Shown here: piece by piece, positions 27,380 through 36,770 of the stretch
Numbering within the stretch: position 1 is the first letter of the stretch
Layout: every line of letters begins with the position of its first letter
Source: Bacilli bacterium
GTDB taxonomy: Bacteria > Bacillota_I > Bacilli_A > RF39 > UBA660
Direction: 5' to 3'
Assembly: GCA_017542465.1 (NCBI GenBank)
Contig: JAFXXB010000005.1
Location: 10,614-74,613, forward strand
DNA length: 64,000 bases
The notes under the pieces: model-generated
Seen by the model: the letters and a program-made list of their open reading frames with translations, nothing else
The model's database searches: none
Told to the model about the DNA's origin: nothing
Position numbers and translations under genes: made by a program

Positions 27380-29017
27380 CTATTCTTTCTTTTTATCCTT
27401 AACTTTATATTCTCTAGTTTCCCAGAAATCAACAAAATCATCATCAGCATTTAAAGGATCATCTACTTCATCATCCTCTTCAATAACTTCTTCTTCTACT
27501 TTTTCTATGGCTTTAGTTTTCTCTAATTCTTCTTGTTCTCTTTTCTTTCTTTTTTCTTCTTTAACAAGCTTCTTTTGAGCTTTTTTTGAAATCTTTTCTT
27601 CTTTCTTATCTTCCTTAACTTCTTCTACTGGTTGATCTTCTTTTATTTCTTCAACAACTTCTTCTTTAACTGGTTCTTCATTTTTTACTTCTTCTTCATA
27701 ATCATCAATTTGATCTATTACATCTTTTTTATTCTTCTTTTCTTTTTTAGATCCAGTAAATTTAGAAATAATTATTAATACTATAAGTAATACAACAACT
27801 ATTGCTAATGCAATACCCCCTATTTTAAACATATTGTATTTCTTTAATAATTGTTCAATATTAGTTTTATCATAAGCAATAAATATTTCATTTACCTTAT
27901 CATACATATAATATGATTCTTCACCTGTATAAACATTTACACCCTTAATAATAAATGAGTTAGAAGCACTTAAAGTACATCCTGTTATAACATGCCCTTT
28001 AATATTTACTTCTTTCTTAGTTAATCCTTTAATAACATCTATAGATTTAGGTAGGATTGTTATACTACCTGATGTTAATTCAAAATATTCATCAGTAATT
28101 TTATTATCATTATATACAAACAAACCTATATTACCATCTGCATCTTTTAATCCAATTAAAGTATAATTAATTGTTTCATTCTTTAATCCAGGTATTTCTT
28201 CACCATCATAATTAACAGTTGTTTCAACAAATGTATTTAATGATGGTAATAAATCTTTCTTTCTAACTAATGTATATGATTTATTATTAACATTAACAGT
28301 AATTGGATTTAATTCTTTTCTTGTAATGTTAATAACATATGTTTTACTATTACCTTTTTGAGCAGTAACTACTATATTAAACTTATTACCACCTTCAGTT
28401 AATTCTTTTTCACCAGCACCTGATACAGATGCAGTATTATCTTCTCTTATAGCTGATATATTAACCTTTTCTACATCATTTTCAACTTCTAATGAATATT
28501 CTAATGTATTCTTATCAAATGATGGAGATAAAGAATAATTATCAACAGTCAAATTCTTAAGATTATCATTAGCGGAATAAGATGCTTCTATTTCTGCTTG
28601 AGTTTTTAATACAATCTTTTTTGATCCATTTGAACATGAAAGCGATGATTCATCCCATCCATATGCATCAGTTGATGTAGTACTAATAGTTGTACTACCT
28701 GATTTTAATACTTTAAATGTATATCTATATTGTTTAGATTTTGTTCCAGATGATGTAGCATTTCCGGCTACATGTGTACCATTTGCACCATCTGGAGCAG
28801 ATGATAATTGTAAATATGATTTATCATAGTTTAATGCTAATTCCCATCCACCTAATGCTTGAGAAGATGAAACAGTAACTGTAATAGATATATTGTTACC
28901 TACAACTCCTTGATTAGGTCCAGATACACTAAAGCTTGCACTTGCAGCATTAACTATAACCGGAAATAACATTAATCCTAGTATTAAACTAAATAATAAC
29001 TTTTTAATTGTTTTCAT
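27380..29017 (-). CDS. Type I membrane protein with a cohesin-like module and a cadherin-like beta-sandwich module
   Basis: Signal peptide. FSVSGPNQGVVGNNISITVTVSSSQALGGWELALNYDKSYLQL is cohesin-like. LKNLTVDNYSLSPSFDKNTLEYSLEV is cadherin-like. One TM near residue 400, then a ~130 aa E/K-rich tail. Confidence 0.6.
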   Translation of the reverse strand: MKTIKKLLFSLILGLMLFPVIVNAASASFSVSGPNQGVVGNNISITVTVSSSQALGGWELALNYDKSYLQLSSAPDGANGTHVAGNATSSGTKSKQYRYTFKVLKSGSTTISTTSTDAYGWDESSLSCSNGSKKIVLKTQAEIEASYSANDNLKNLTVDNYSLSPSFDKNTLEYSLEVENDVEKVNISAIREDNTASVSGAGEKELTEGGNKFNIVVTAQKGNSKTYVINITRKELNPITVNVNNKSYTLVRKKDLLPSLNTFVETTVNYDGEEIPGLKNETINYTLIGLKDADGNIGLFVYNDNKITDEYFELTSGSITILPKSIDVIKGLTKKEVNIKGHVITGCTLSASNSFIIKGVNVYTGEESYYMYDKVNEIFIAYDKTNIEQLLKKYNMFKIGGIALAIVVVLLIVLIIISKFTGSKKEKKNKKDVIDQIDDYEEEVKNEEPVKEEVVEEIKEDQPVEEVKEDKKEEKISKKAQKKLVKEEKRKKREQEELEKTKAIEKVEEEVIEEDDEVDDPLNADDDFVDFWETREYKVKDKKKE

Positions 29018-29026
29018 AACAACCTC

Positions 29027-30808
29027 CTATAATTCCTTTAATCCTAATATATTCTTTTGAACTTGAAGTAAGTCTAATGCATTTACTTTTCCATCTCCTG
29101 ATACATCAGCAGCTGCAGTATTAGCATTACCTAAACTCTTCTCACCTATAATACTTTTTTGGATTTGTAATAAGTCTAATGCATTTACTTTTCCATCTCC
29201 TGATGGATCTCCTTTAACAATAGCAGTAAATGTTGATTCACCAGTACTACTTATAACTCTTACGGTCATTCCTGTACCTATTAGACCATCATATATTCTA
29301 TTATTATTTGAATATACTTCTACTGTTCCACCTTGAGATGATATTCTTCCAACAAAGTCATCTAATGATGTATTTTTTCCAACATTATTTATATAAGATC
29401 CATTTAATCCATATCCTGATGATACAACCATTGTTGATGGTGCTAGATTTGTATTAGCATTTGTTGTATCTCCTGTAGCTCCACCTGGGCTATTTTGAAT
29501 ATCAGCATTTAAATTAGCGTATACTGGTATAACAAAGTTAAATGGTAAGTTAAGTAAATTTAATTTACTATAAGCATTATATAATGTTGTACCTTCAGTA
29601 ACAGGTGCTTGTACATTAGTCATGTATTGATGTGATGCAATACTATGATTATGATTTTTAGTTTCAGGATTGAAATTCCATTTATTAAAATACATTGTTT
29701 GTTGTCCTGCATTAACATAATTACGATATGTCCATTGTGCTCCACCAGTTACAGCTACTTGTCTTGCATCTGCTTGACTATAATTAGGTCCACCCCATCC
29801 TTGTTTATATGCATAAGCTAAAGCTTTTTGAGTGATACCATCACCATCAGATGCACCAATGTTATAGAAATTATAATAATTATCAACACTTGTACCCGAT
29901 GTTTTAGAGAACCCGCTTCCAGTATATTTATATCCATATCTAGATGTGTAATTACCGGATAAAGCAGATTGTAATTGTCCTTTATAAGTTCCAGATGATA
30001 ATAAACCAGAACCTAACTCTACTCTAATACGAGCAGCTAAGAATGTTGCTGATGCATTACTTGCTGGTGATGCATTAGCTATATAATTAGGTAAATCAGG
30101 TATGTGATTTACTAATGTATTATTTGATATTTGTCTAGCTAGTTGAGCATAATAAGGTTTAACGCTTTCATTTATATATGCTGATTCAAACATAAATATG
30201 TGTTTTTCATTTAAGAAGTTTAACGGATTCATATAATATGCATTAGCGGTTTGAGATGCACCAGTATAACCTGAGTCATATTTTTTACCACATGTTCCAT
30301 CTTGATATTCTGCTTTTGATGATTGAGAAATAGATCCTCTACATTGTTCTAAAGCTACAGCTGATGCAAAATCATATCCAGTATATACTGCAGTAAATGT
30401 CCAATTAGGATGTTGAACTTTTAAAGTACATAATGAAGTCCAATAACTAACTGGGAATCCAGCATTCTTTAATTCAGCTTCACATTGAGTTTTTGCTTCT
30501 TCAGTTATTACAACAGTTTGTTCTGCCTTTATAACTGCATAAGTTGAACATATATAACCATTGTTACCTTGAAAATCTATATTAAACCAATAACCAGAAT
30601 TACATCCACCTTCATCTTTAACTAAATCAGATTGTTTAAGTGTATATGTTTCACCTAATCCTCCAGTTTGTCCTATAGCACCATATTTAGTTCCTGGTCC
30701 ACTTCTTACATTAACTTCTGTACCAGTCATTTCAATTGATTGAGCATTAACTATAAAAGGAATGCATAGTAAAAATAATAAGATATATAATAGCTTATTT
30801 TTATACAT
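29027..30808 (-). CDS. Secreted SH3b + glucosaminidase-like peptidoglycan hydrolase with a C-terminal dockerin
   Basis: Signal peptide and SH3b (VNVRSGPGTKYGAIG). GH73-like motifs YYMNPLNFLNEKHIFMFE, YNFYNIGA and GQQTMYFNKWNF. Duplicated dockerin loops DPSGDGKVNALDLLQIQK and DVSGDGKVNALDLLQVQK. Confidence 0.7.
   Translation of the reverse strand: MYKNKLLYILLFLLCIPFIVNAQSIEMTGTEVNVRSGPGTKYGAIGQTGGLGETYTLKQSDLVKDEGGCNSGYWFNIDFQGNNGYICSTYAVIKAEQTVVITEEAKTQCEAELKNAGFPVSYWTSLCTLKVQHPNWTFTAVYTGYDFASAVALEQCRGSISQSSKAEYQDGTCGKKYDSGYTGASQTANAYYMNPLNFLNEKHIFMFESAYINESVKPYYAQLARQISNNTLVNHIPDLPNYIANASPASNASATFLAARIRVELGSGLLSSGTYKGQLQSALSGNYTSRYGYKYTGSGFSKTSGTSVDNYYNFYNIGASDGDGITQKALAYAYKQGWGGPNYSQADARQVAVTGGAQWTYRNYVNAGQQTMYFNKWNFNPETKNHNHSIASHQYMTNVQAPVTEGTTLYNAYSKLNLLNLPFNFVIPVYANLNADIQNSPGGATGDTTNANTNLAPSTMVVSSGYGLNGSYINNVGKNTSLDDFVGRISSQGGTVEVYSNNNRIYDGLIGTGMTVRVISSTGESTFTAIVKGDPSGDGKVNALDLLQIQKSIIGEKSLGNANTAAADVSGDGKVNALDLLQVQKNILGLKEL
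29069..29204 (-). repeat. Two perfect 34-nt copies 102 nt apart (dockerin calcium-loop duplication)
   Basis: taagtctaatgcatttacttttccatctcctgat at 29069..29102 and 29171..29204. Confidence 0.9.
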
Positions 30809-30843
30809 ATACATCACCTACCTATTCATAGTTATACAATTTT

Positions 30844-30852
30844 ATTATAGCA
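30844..30852 (-). promoter_or_regulatory. Extended -10 (TGCTATAAT) for the dockerin-hydrolase/cohesin operon
   Basis: Exact TGnTATAAT about 25 nt upstream of AGGTAGGTGA. Confidence 0.45.
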
Positions 30853-30903
30853 AATATACTATTCTCATTGAACGAGAGAAAAGGAAGTTTACAAGTTATT
30901 AAC

Positions 30904-30934
30904 AAAAAAAAAAAGACAAGCTTATAACTTGTCT
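30904..30934 (-). terminator. Intrinsic terminator after the coiled-coil gene
   Basis: AGACAAG-uuauaag-CUUGUCU (contains the stop codon) followed by a run of 10 U. Confidence 0.75.
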
Positions 30935-32670
30935 ATTACTGCAGGATTCTTATTAATACATCTAACTAAATCAGGTGTATCATATTTATCTAATATATCA
31001 TCAAATACATCAGGATTATTCATAAATCTCTTAGGATGTTCAGTGATACATTTAGCAGGTTCTGCTACATGTAAGTTTCTAATTGTATCATAGTTAGCTT
31101 TTACTACTTCAGGGAATGTACAGAATATATTATATTCCTTAGCATCTAAATTAGATTCAAGTGTTCTTGTTTCTTCATCACTTAATTCTAATACTTCTGA
31201 TATATTTGTAGATTCCTTTTCAGTTATACAATCATATAATACTTTAATTATAGCATCTGTTTGTCCTGTAACTTTTTCTCTAAGTTTGTTTATATCTATT
31301 TGATCTAAATATTTAAATACATATCCTATTGTTGTAGATATACATCCAGATCTTTCTAATATATCTAATTCTTCATCTAATACTTCTGGAGACATTGTAA
31401 TTAATATCTCTGGATTAGAATAAATATTCTTAGTATCTATAAAATGTTTATCTAATACATCAATTATTTTTAATCCTTTTTGAACGTCTAAATTATTCTT
31501 TAAAATATTTAAATCAGTTTCTTCAAACTTACTAGGATCTAATCCTAATTCATCAATCATGCCATTAATATCTACAGAACTACTATTTATATCAGCGAAT
31601 GTTGACTTTATATCTTGTACATTATTGTTTGGTTCTTCTGGTGTAGATATATTAATATTCATTGTTTTTTCGAACTCTTCTGAATTAATTATTGGATTTT
31701 CTTGATAGTCTTCCTTCATAGGAACATTTACAGGAATATCTTCAAATTGATCGTTCATTGGAACATCTACAACTGAAGGTTGTTCTGGAGTTTGTTCAAT
31801 AACATCCATTGGTTCTTCTATAGTTTCAACAGGTTGTTCTTCTACTACAGGGGCTTGTTCTACAATTTCCTCTTGTGGAGGTACTTGTACAGGTTCCATT
31901 TTACCAGTATTTTCTAATAACTCTTGAGCTTCAACTATAGCTGCATCTAAAGCTTGAGTCTTAGATAAGTCTTCTTCTTTGTTTTCTACTACTTCACTTA
32001 CTTGTTCCTTAGTATTTAATATATCTTCTAATTCTTGTTCAGATAATTCTCTATCATTTGATGATATATGATCTATTTCATCAAATATTGTACCATCTAT
32101 CACTTTATTAACATCTACATCAGCTATTTCATTATTTTCATCATCTAAAATAACTATATCTGATAATTTATCAGCATGTTCAATAGCTGTTATAGTCATG
32201 TCATCAATCTTTTTACTATAATATTTTAAAGCTACCATAGTATTATTTAATTCTGTTTCAAGATTCATCTTACTATCTTTTAACGCAGTTAATTCATCTT
32301 TAATACTTTGTGCTTCCTCAGAATAACGTCTAATTAAATCTTGTTGTTCAGCTATCTTAGTATTGTTTTCTATGATTTTTCCGTTGATTTCTTTATTACC
32401 TGCTTCAAGTAATTCAGTAAATCCAGCTGAATCAAATTTATCATGTAATTCTTGTAAATCACCTTTTAGTTTAGTTATATCTGCTTCAAGTTCAGATATG
32501 GTATTACTAGAAGTTTCAACATTAGTCTTACATGTATTAGCTGCTTCAACCTGTTGTTCAATTTCAACTTCAACAGTCTTTAATTTGTTTTCAAGCATTG
32601 TCTTTTGATTCTTTAATTCATCAACAACTGCTTGGATTTTACTGTTAACGATGTTAATTAATTCCTTCAT
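30922..32670 (-). CDS. Hypothetical coiled-coil protein with an acidic PEQV-rich linker and a helical C-terminal domain
   Basis: ~180 aa of heptad-like N-terminus, then PVQVPPQEEIVEQAPVVEEQPVE low complexity. No signal peptide or TM. Confidence 0.5.
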   Translation of the reverse strand: MKELINIVNSKIQAVVDELKNQKTMLENKLKTVEVEIEQQVEAANTCKTNVETSSNTISELEADITKLKGDLQELHDKFDSAGFTELLEAGNKEINGKIIENNTKIAEQQDLIRRYSEEAQSIKDELTALKDSKMNLETELNNTMVALKYYSKKIDDMTITAIEHADKLSDIVILDDENNEIADVDVNKVIDGTIFDEIDHISSNDRELSEQELEDILNTKEQVSEVVENKEEDLSKTQALDAAIVEAQELLENTGKMEPVQVPPQEEIVEQAPVVEEQPVETIEEPMDVIEQTPEQPSVVDVPMNDQFEDIPVNVPMKEDYQENPIINSEEFEKTMNINISTPEEPNNNVQDIKSTFADINSSSVDINGMIDELGLDPSKFEETDLNILKNNLDVQKGLKIIDVLDKHFIDTKNIYSNPEILITMSPEVLDEELDILERSGCISTTIGYVFKYLDQIDINKLREKVTGQTDAIIKVLYDCITEKESTNISEVLELSDEETRTLESNLDAKEYNIFCTFPEVVKANYDTIRNLHVAEPAKCITEHPKRFMNNPDVFDDILDKYDTPDLVRCINKNPAVIDKL

Positions 32671-32699
32671 ATATACCATACCTTCTTATTCTATACAAA

Positions 32700-32708
32700 A
32701 TTATAACA
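32700..32708 (-). promoter_or_regulatory. Extended -10 (TGTTATAAT) for the coiled-coil gene
   Basis: Exact TGnTATAAT upstream of the AAGAAGG SD. It lies back-to-back with the rpsD promoter. Confidence 0.45.
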
Positions 32709-32749
32709 AATAACATTATTTATGTAAATAATATATTTACTATAATTAA

Positions 32750-32778
32750 TTGACTTTTTTAACTAAATAATGTATATT
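32750..32778 (+). promoter_or_regulatory. rpsD promoter
   Basis: TTGACT, 17 nt spacer, TATATT. Confidence 0.6.
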
Positions 32779-32931
32779 ACTTATTGCGTAGTTAGGCAGG
32801 CAAATCATTAATATATTAATGTGTTTAATTGAAATAACTTTAGTAACTACTGCCTAAGTGAAAAAGATATTAAACACCCTAATATTAAAATGATTACCTT
32901 TCTATGTAATTTAGAGAAAGGAGATATAAAT
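32779..32931 (+). promoter_or_regulatory. rpsD 5' leader (probable S4 autoregulatory structure)
   Basis: ~150 nt leader. Two interleaved perfect helices: 32792..32799 with 32850..32857, and 32821..32829 with 32869..32877. This is pseudoknot topology. Confidence 0.6.
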
Positions 32932-33534
32932 ATGGCAAGATATACTGGACCAGCTTTCAAGAAATCTAGAAGATATGGTTTTTCTACATTAGAAAATGGT
33001 AAAGACTTAGCTAAGAGACCTTATGCTCCAGGACAACATGGTGCATCAAGAAGAAGAAAAGCTTCTGAATATAAGATCCAATTAGACGAAAAACAAAAAT
33101 TAAGATTTACTTATGGTATGAATGAAAAACAATTCCATAGATTATTTAATAAAGCTTCTAAAATGTCAGGTGTAACTGGTGAAAACTTCTTAAAGTTACT
33201 TGAATCTAGATTAGATAATATCGTGTTTAGAATGGGAATGAGTAATTCAAGAAGAGGTTCTAGACAATTAGTTAACCATGGACACATTTTAGTTAATGGA
33301 AAGAAAGTAGATATTCCTTCATATGAAGTTAAACCTGGAGATGTTATCTCAGTAAGAGAAAAATCTTTAGAACATCCAGCTATCAAAGATGCATTAGAAG
33401 CTAAGAGAAAAACTCCTGCTTATGTTGAATTTGATGCTAAGAAGTTATCAGGAACTTACTTAAGATATCCTGAAAGAAGCGAATTATCTAGCGAAATTAA
33501 AGAACACTTAATTGTTGAGTTCTACAACAGATAA
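32932..33534 (+). CDS. rpsD: 30S ribosomal protein S4
   Basis: [16 protein letters not shown]... and an S4 RNA-binding domain. GAAAGGAG SD upstream. The track start at 32890 is an upstream extension. Confidence 0.95.
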   Translation: MARYTGPAFKKSRRYGFSTLENGKDLAKRPYAPGQHGASRRRKASEYKIQLDEKQKLRFTYGMNEKQFHRLFNKASKMSGVTGENFLKLLESRLDNIVFRMGMSNSRRGSRQLVNHGHILVNGKKVDIPSYEVKPGDVISVREKSLEHPAIKDALEAKRKTPAYVEFDAKKLSGTYLRYPERSELSSEIKEHLIVEFYNR

Positions 33535-33544
33535 TAAGTAATAT

Positions 33545-33575
33545 AAAAAGCACTAAATTATTAGTGCTTTTTTTG
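33545..33575. terminator. Bidirectional terminator between the convergent rpsD and 33561..34067 genes
   Basis: AAAAAGCACUAA-auua-UUAGUGCUUUUUUU, with A-tract and U-tract flanks. Confidence 0.8.
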
Positions 33576-34067
33576 TGGTATTAATTCTTTAAATTCTTTA
33601 AGTTTTTCATCAGATAGATATGGGGAATATACTTCTTCGTCACCATACATAGTTACATTTTCAGGTCCATACTTAATTCCATTTTTAACTAAAGTAATAA
33701 CATTTAATGTTTTTAAGCTTCTAACAATACTACTTGTTGATAATTCTGTTATTATATGTTCGAAATCATTTTTCTTAGGTGTATGTAAATAATATTCATA
33801 TAGCTTATTATCCATCATCCATTCAAGATATGAACACATATCTTCAAGTAATTCTGTTTCTTTATTATTCTCTTTAATTGTATCTAATAAGAAATCAGCA
33901 TTAAGTCTTAATAGTTTTAAATCATCTTCAGTAATAACAGTAAAATTATTAATCATCATATATATCATTACATAATGTGAAAATAATAATTCTCTTTCTT
34001 CTCTATTTAATCTTAAATAATAATTAATTTCATCTATCTGATTTGGTTGTCTATTTATAGTATTCAT
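33561..34067 (-). CDS. Hypothetical protein (168 aa)
   Basis: Intact ORF. Its stop codon lies inside the bidirectional terminator shared with rpsD. Confidence 0.45.
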   Translation of the reverse strand: MNTINRQPNQIDEINYYLRLNREERELLFSHYVMIYMMINNFTVITEDDLKLLRLNADFLLDTIKENNKETELLEDMCSYLEWMMDNKLYEYYLHTPKKNDFEHIITELSTSSIVRSLKTLNVITLVKNGIKYGPENVTMYGDEEVYSPYLSDEKLKEFKELIPQKKH

Positions 34068-34097
34068 AAAAATCCCCTTCAACAGGTATATATAATA

Positions 34098-35291
34098 CTA
34101 CTTTATTATTAATTTAACAACTTTCTTTTTGCCTTTATGAAGTACAAATTCATCTTTAGTTACTTCAAATTTAGGATCAGTTATTTTTTCATCATCAATA
34201 GATACTCCACCTTGTTCAACTAATCTTCTACCTTCACTCTTTGATGGTATTAAGTCAGCTGCCATCATAATATCAAGAATATTTCTTGATTCAGGAGTTA
34301 TAGGTGTTGCCTCTAAACCCTCAGTAGATCCACCAAATAATGCTTCAGATTTAATCTTAGCTTGATTAGCTTCTTCTTCACCATGTAAATCTTTAATAAA
34401 TTCATATGCTAAAGTCTTTTGAGCTAATCTATCTTCTGGTTTTTCATTATGTTTTCTCATCACTTCATCAATTTCATCTTTATCTAAGAAAGTAAATACT
34501 TTTAAATAATCTTCTACTTTATCATCAGATGCATTAATTAAATATTGATAAATATCATATGCAGGAGTTTTATTTTTATCTAACCATAAAGCATTACCTT
34601 CACTCTTACCAAATTTATTACCATTTGAATCTAATATTAATGGCATAGTGAATGCATATGCTTCTTTTCCTAACATCTTACCTATTAATTCAACACCAGT
34701 TGTAATATTTCCCCATTGATCAGAACCTGCTGCTTGCATAATACAATTCTTTTCTTTATATAAATGAACGAAATCATATCCTTGTAATAATGTATAACTA
34801 AATTCCGCATAAGTTATACCTGTTTCAAGTCTTCTAGATATTATATCTTTATTAAGCATATAATTAACATTAATATATTTACCTACATCTCTTAAGAAAT
34901 CAATAAATGTAAAATCCTTAATCCAATCATAATTATTAACAACTTCTACATTATTATCAAATAATCCTAATACTTGTTTCTTAATACCTTCAATGTTATT
35001 TTCAACTACACTCTTATCAATTATTTCTCTTTCTGCTGTAGGTCTAGGATCACCAATTAAACCTGTAGCTCCGCCTACAAGTAATATAGGATGATGTCCA
35101 TACTTCATTAATCTTTTAGCAGTTAATAAAGATGAATAATGACCAATATGTAATGAATCAGCTGTAGGGTCTGTTCCCCAATAGAATGTCATATTTCCTT
35201 CATTTAATTTTTCTACAAAGTCTTCATTATTAGTCATATCTTTAATAAGACCTCTGTACATTAAATCTTCATAACATGTCATCTTTGTCAT
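34098..35291 (-). CDS. tyrS: Tyrosine--tRNA ligase
   Basis: HIGH variant (SLHIGHY), KFGKS (KMSKS-type) and a C-terminal S4-like domain. A T-box leader lies upstream. Confidence 0.95.
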   Translation of the reverse strand: MTKMTCYEDLMYRGLIKDMTNNEDFVEKLNEGNMTFYWGTDPTADSLHIGHYSSLLTAKRLMKYGHHPILLVGGATGLIGDPRPTAEREIIDKSVVENNIEGIKKQVLGLFDNNVEVVNNYDWIKDFTFIDFLRDVGKYINVNYMLNKDIISRRLETGITYAEFSYTLLQGYDFVHLYKEKNCIMQAAGSDQWGNITTGVELIGKMLGKEAYAFTMPLILDSNGNKFGKSEGNALWLDKNKTPAYDIYQYLINASDDKVEDYLKVFTFLDKDEIDEVMRKHNEKPEDRLAQKTLAYEFIKDLHGEEEANQAKIKSEALFGGSTEGLEATPITPESRNILDIMMAADLIPSKSEGRRLVEQGGVSIDDEKITDPKFEVTKDEFVLHKGKKKVVKLIIK

Positions 35292-35443
35292 ATGTATTCC
35301 TTCTTTCTAAAAAATAAAAGACCATGACATAGGAACGAAATCTTTCGTGGTACCATCCTACTTCATGATCTTAATCACCTTTAATCTTTAACGCTGATAT
35401 GCGATTTGGCTCTCTGGGTCGTAAATCCATGTCATCACCAATT
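35292..35443 (-). promoter_or_regulatory. T-box leader of tyrS
   Basis: T-box sequence AGGAUGGUACCACG (35359..35346). It can form an antiterminator (UAGGA/UCCUA helix, 7-nt bulge UGGUACC, ACGAA-AGAU-UUCGU helix) or a mutually exclusive 15-bp terminator followed by a U-tract. Confidence 0.8.
35309..35370 (-). terminator. T-box terminator helix
   Basis: GAUCAUGAAGUAGGA pairs with UCCUAUGUCAUGGUC (one mismatch, two GU pairs), followed by UUUUAUUUUUU. Confidence 0.75.
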
Positions 35444-35449
35444 AACTAA

Positions 35450-35477
35450 ATTATACCATTTAATCCTTTATTGTCAA
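35450..35477 (-). promoter_or_regulatory. tyrS promoter
   Basis: TTGACA (contains the TGA stop of the upstream gene), 16 nt spacer, TGgTATAAT extended -10. Confidence 0.65.
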
Positions 35478-36625
35478 CCATTATTAATGGCATCAGCAGC
35501 TGTAACTACTATAGCCGAAATATCTTCATATTGTACTGATTCCATATTAGTATACTTAGTATTATATTCTGTATTATTAATAATATCATCAGCAATATCT
35601 AACGCATCATAATCATATCTATTTTCTGTTGCAATTATTTCAACATAGAATAAATCATCATTATTACCTTGTCTAAATGCATATAACCTATTATGTATTC
35701 CATAAGACGCTTCAACAACAATATATCTTGTTTCTCCAACCTTTGTTTCAACAATTGAATTAACAGTTATACTAATATTTTCTAAGCTCTTCTTTATAGA
35801 TTCCTTAGCATTAGCAACATTATCATAATTACCTTTTATACTCTTTATAAATATTCTATATTCATCTGATTGACTATAAACAATAACTCCACCATTGTTT
35901 CTATCATAATCAAAGTCAGTTGGTATCTTATATATATAATTACCTACATATGTAACATTATTTTTACCATCAGATACATGTTTAACAGTAGCTTTCTTTG
36001 TTGTTCTAGTTGTTCCTGGTGTATATACTTGCTTACCAAATACTAAAGAACCAACAACGCCACCTATAAGTAAACAAATAATAGCAATTATTATTACAAC
36101 CTTACGTGAGAATGTTTTACTAGTTAATATCTTTAATGAGAATTTCTTTTTCTCAGGAGGAACAACTTCACCTACTGTTTTACCCTCAGTAGTTATTTGC
36201 ATAATATCCATGCCTTGAGTATCTTTTGCACCCTCTTTTACTTCTGGTAATTGAAAATTAATACCCGCTTCCTTTGGCATATTAACATTTTCGTCTTGAG
36301 GGATATCTTGAGTAGGATCATATGTTGATACATTGTCCTCTTTTGATATATCTTGAGTTCCACTAGTTAGGTTTTCTTGTTCTATTTCTAGTTTAGGTGC
36401 ACTCATATCTTCAGTAACATTAAGAACTTCAACAGGTCCTTCATCTAAAATAGAAGCACTAGTATCAGGAGTTTGTTCCTCTTGATGTATTTGAGGCATC
36501 TCTATATTTTCATCTACAAGTTGAGTATTATTTTGTTCTACAGGTACAGGTGTATTATCTTTACCACATGAAGGACATACATAATTACCTTGTGTTAAAT
36601 CATTACCACATTGTGAACACTTCAT
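35474..36625 (-). CDS. Zinc-ribbon membrane-anchored hypothetical protein
   Basis: N-terminal CSQCG...CPSCG ribbon, Q/E/D-rich linker, one TM, TTRTTKK linker and a ~170 aa ectodomain. Confidence 0.55.
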   Translation of the reverse strand: MKCSQCGNDLTQGNYVCPSCGKDNTPVPVEQNNTQLVDENIEMPQIHQEEQTPDTSASILDEGPVEVLNVTEDMSAPKLEIEQENLTSGTQDISKEDNVSTYDPTQDIPQDENVNMPKEAGINFQLPEVKEGAKDTQGMDIMQITTEGKTVGEVVPPEKKKFSLKILTSKTFSRKVVIIIAIICLLIGGVVGSLVFGKQVYTPGTTRTTKKATVKHVSDGKNNVTYVGNYIYKIPTDFDYDRNNGGVIVYSQSDEYRIFIKSIKGNYDNVANAKESIKKSLENISITVNSIVETKVGETRYIVVEASYGIHNRLYAFRQGNNDDLFYVEIIATENRYDYDALDIADDIINNTEYNTKYTNMESVQYEDISAIVVTAADAINNG

Positions 36626-36722
36626 ATGAATACACCCTTTCTATCTTATACATTTAATTATATATTAAATACAATATATATTCAATATTTCATATTAATT
36701 ATTTATAATAAATCCAATATTA

Positions 36723-36751
36723 TTGTACTTTTATATTATTTATAGTAAAAT
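36723..36751 (+). promoter_or_regulatory. Promoter of the EIIB-like gene
   Basis: TTGTAC, 17 nt spacer, TAAAAT, then the AGGAG SD. Confidence 0.45.
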
Positions 36752-36770
36752 TACACTAGGAGTTGATGAA

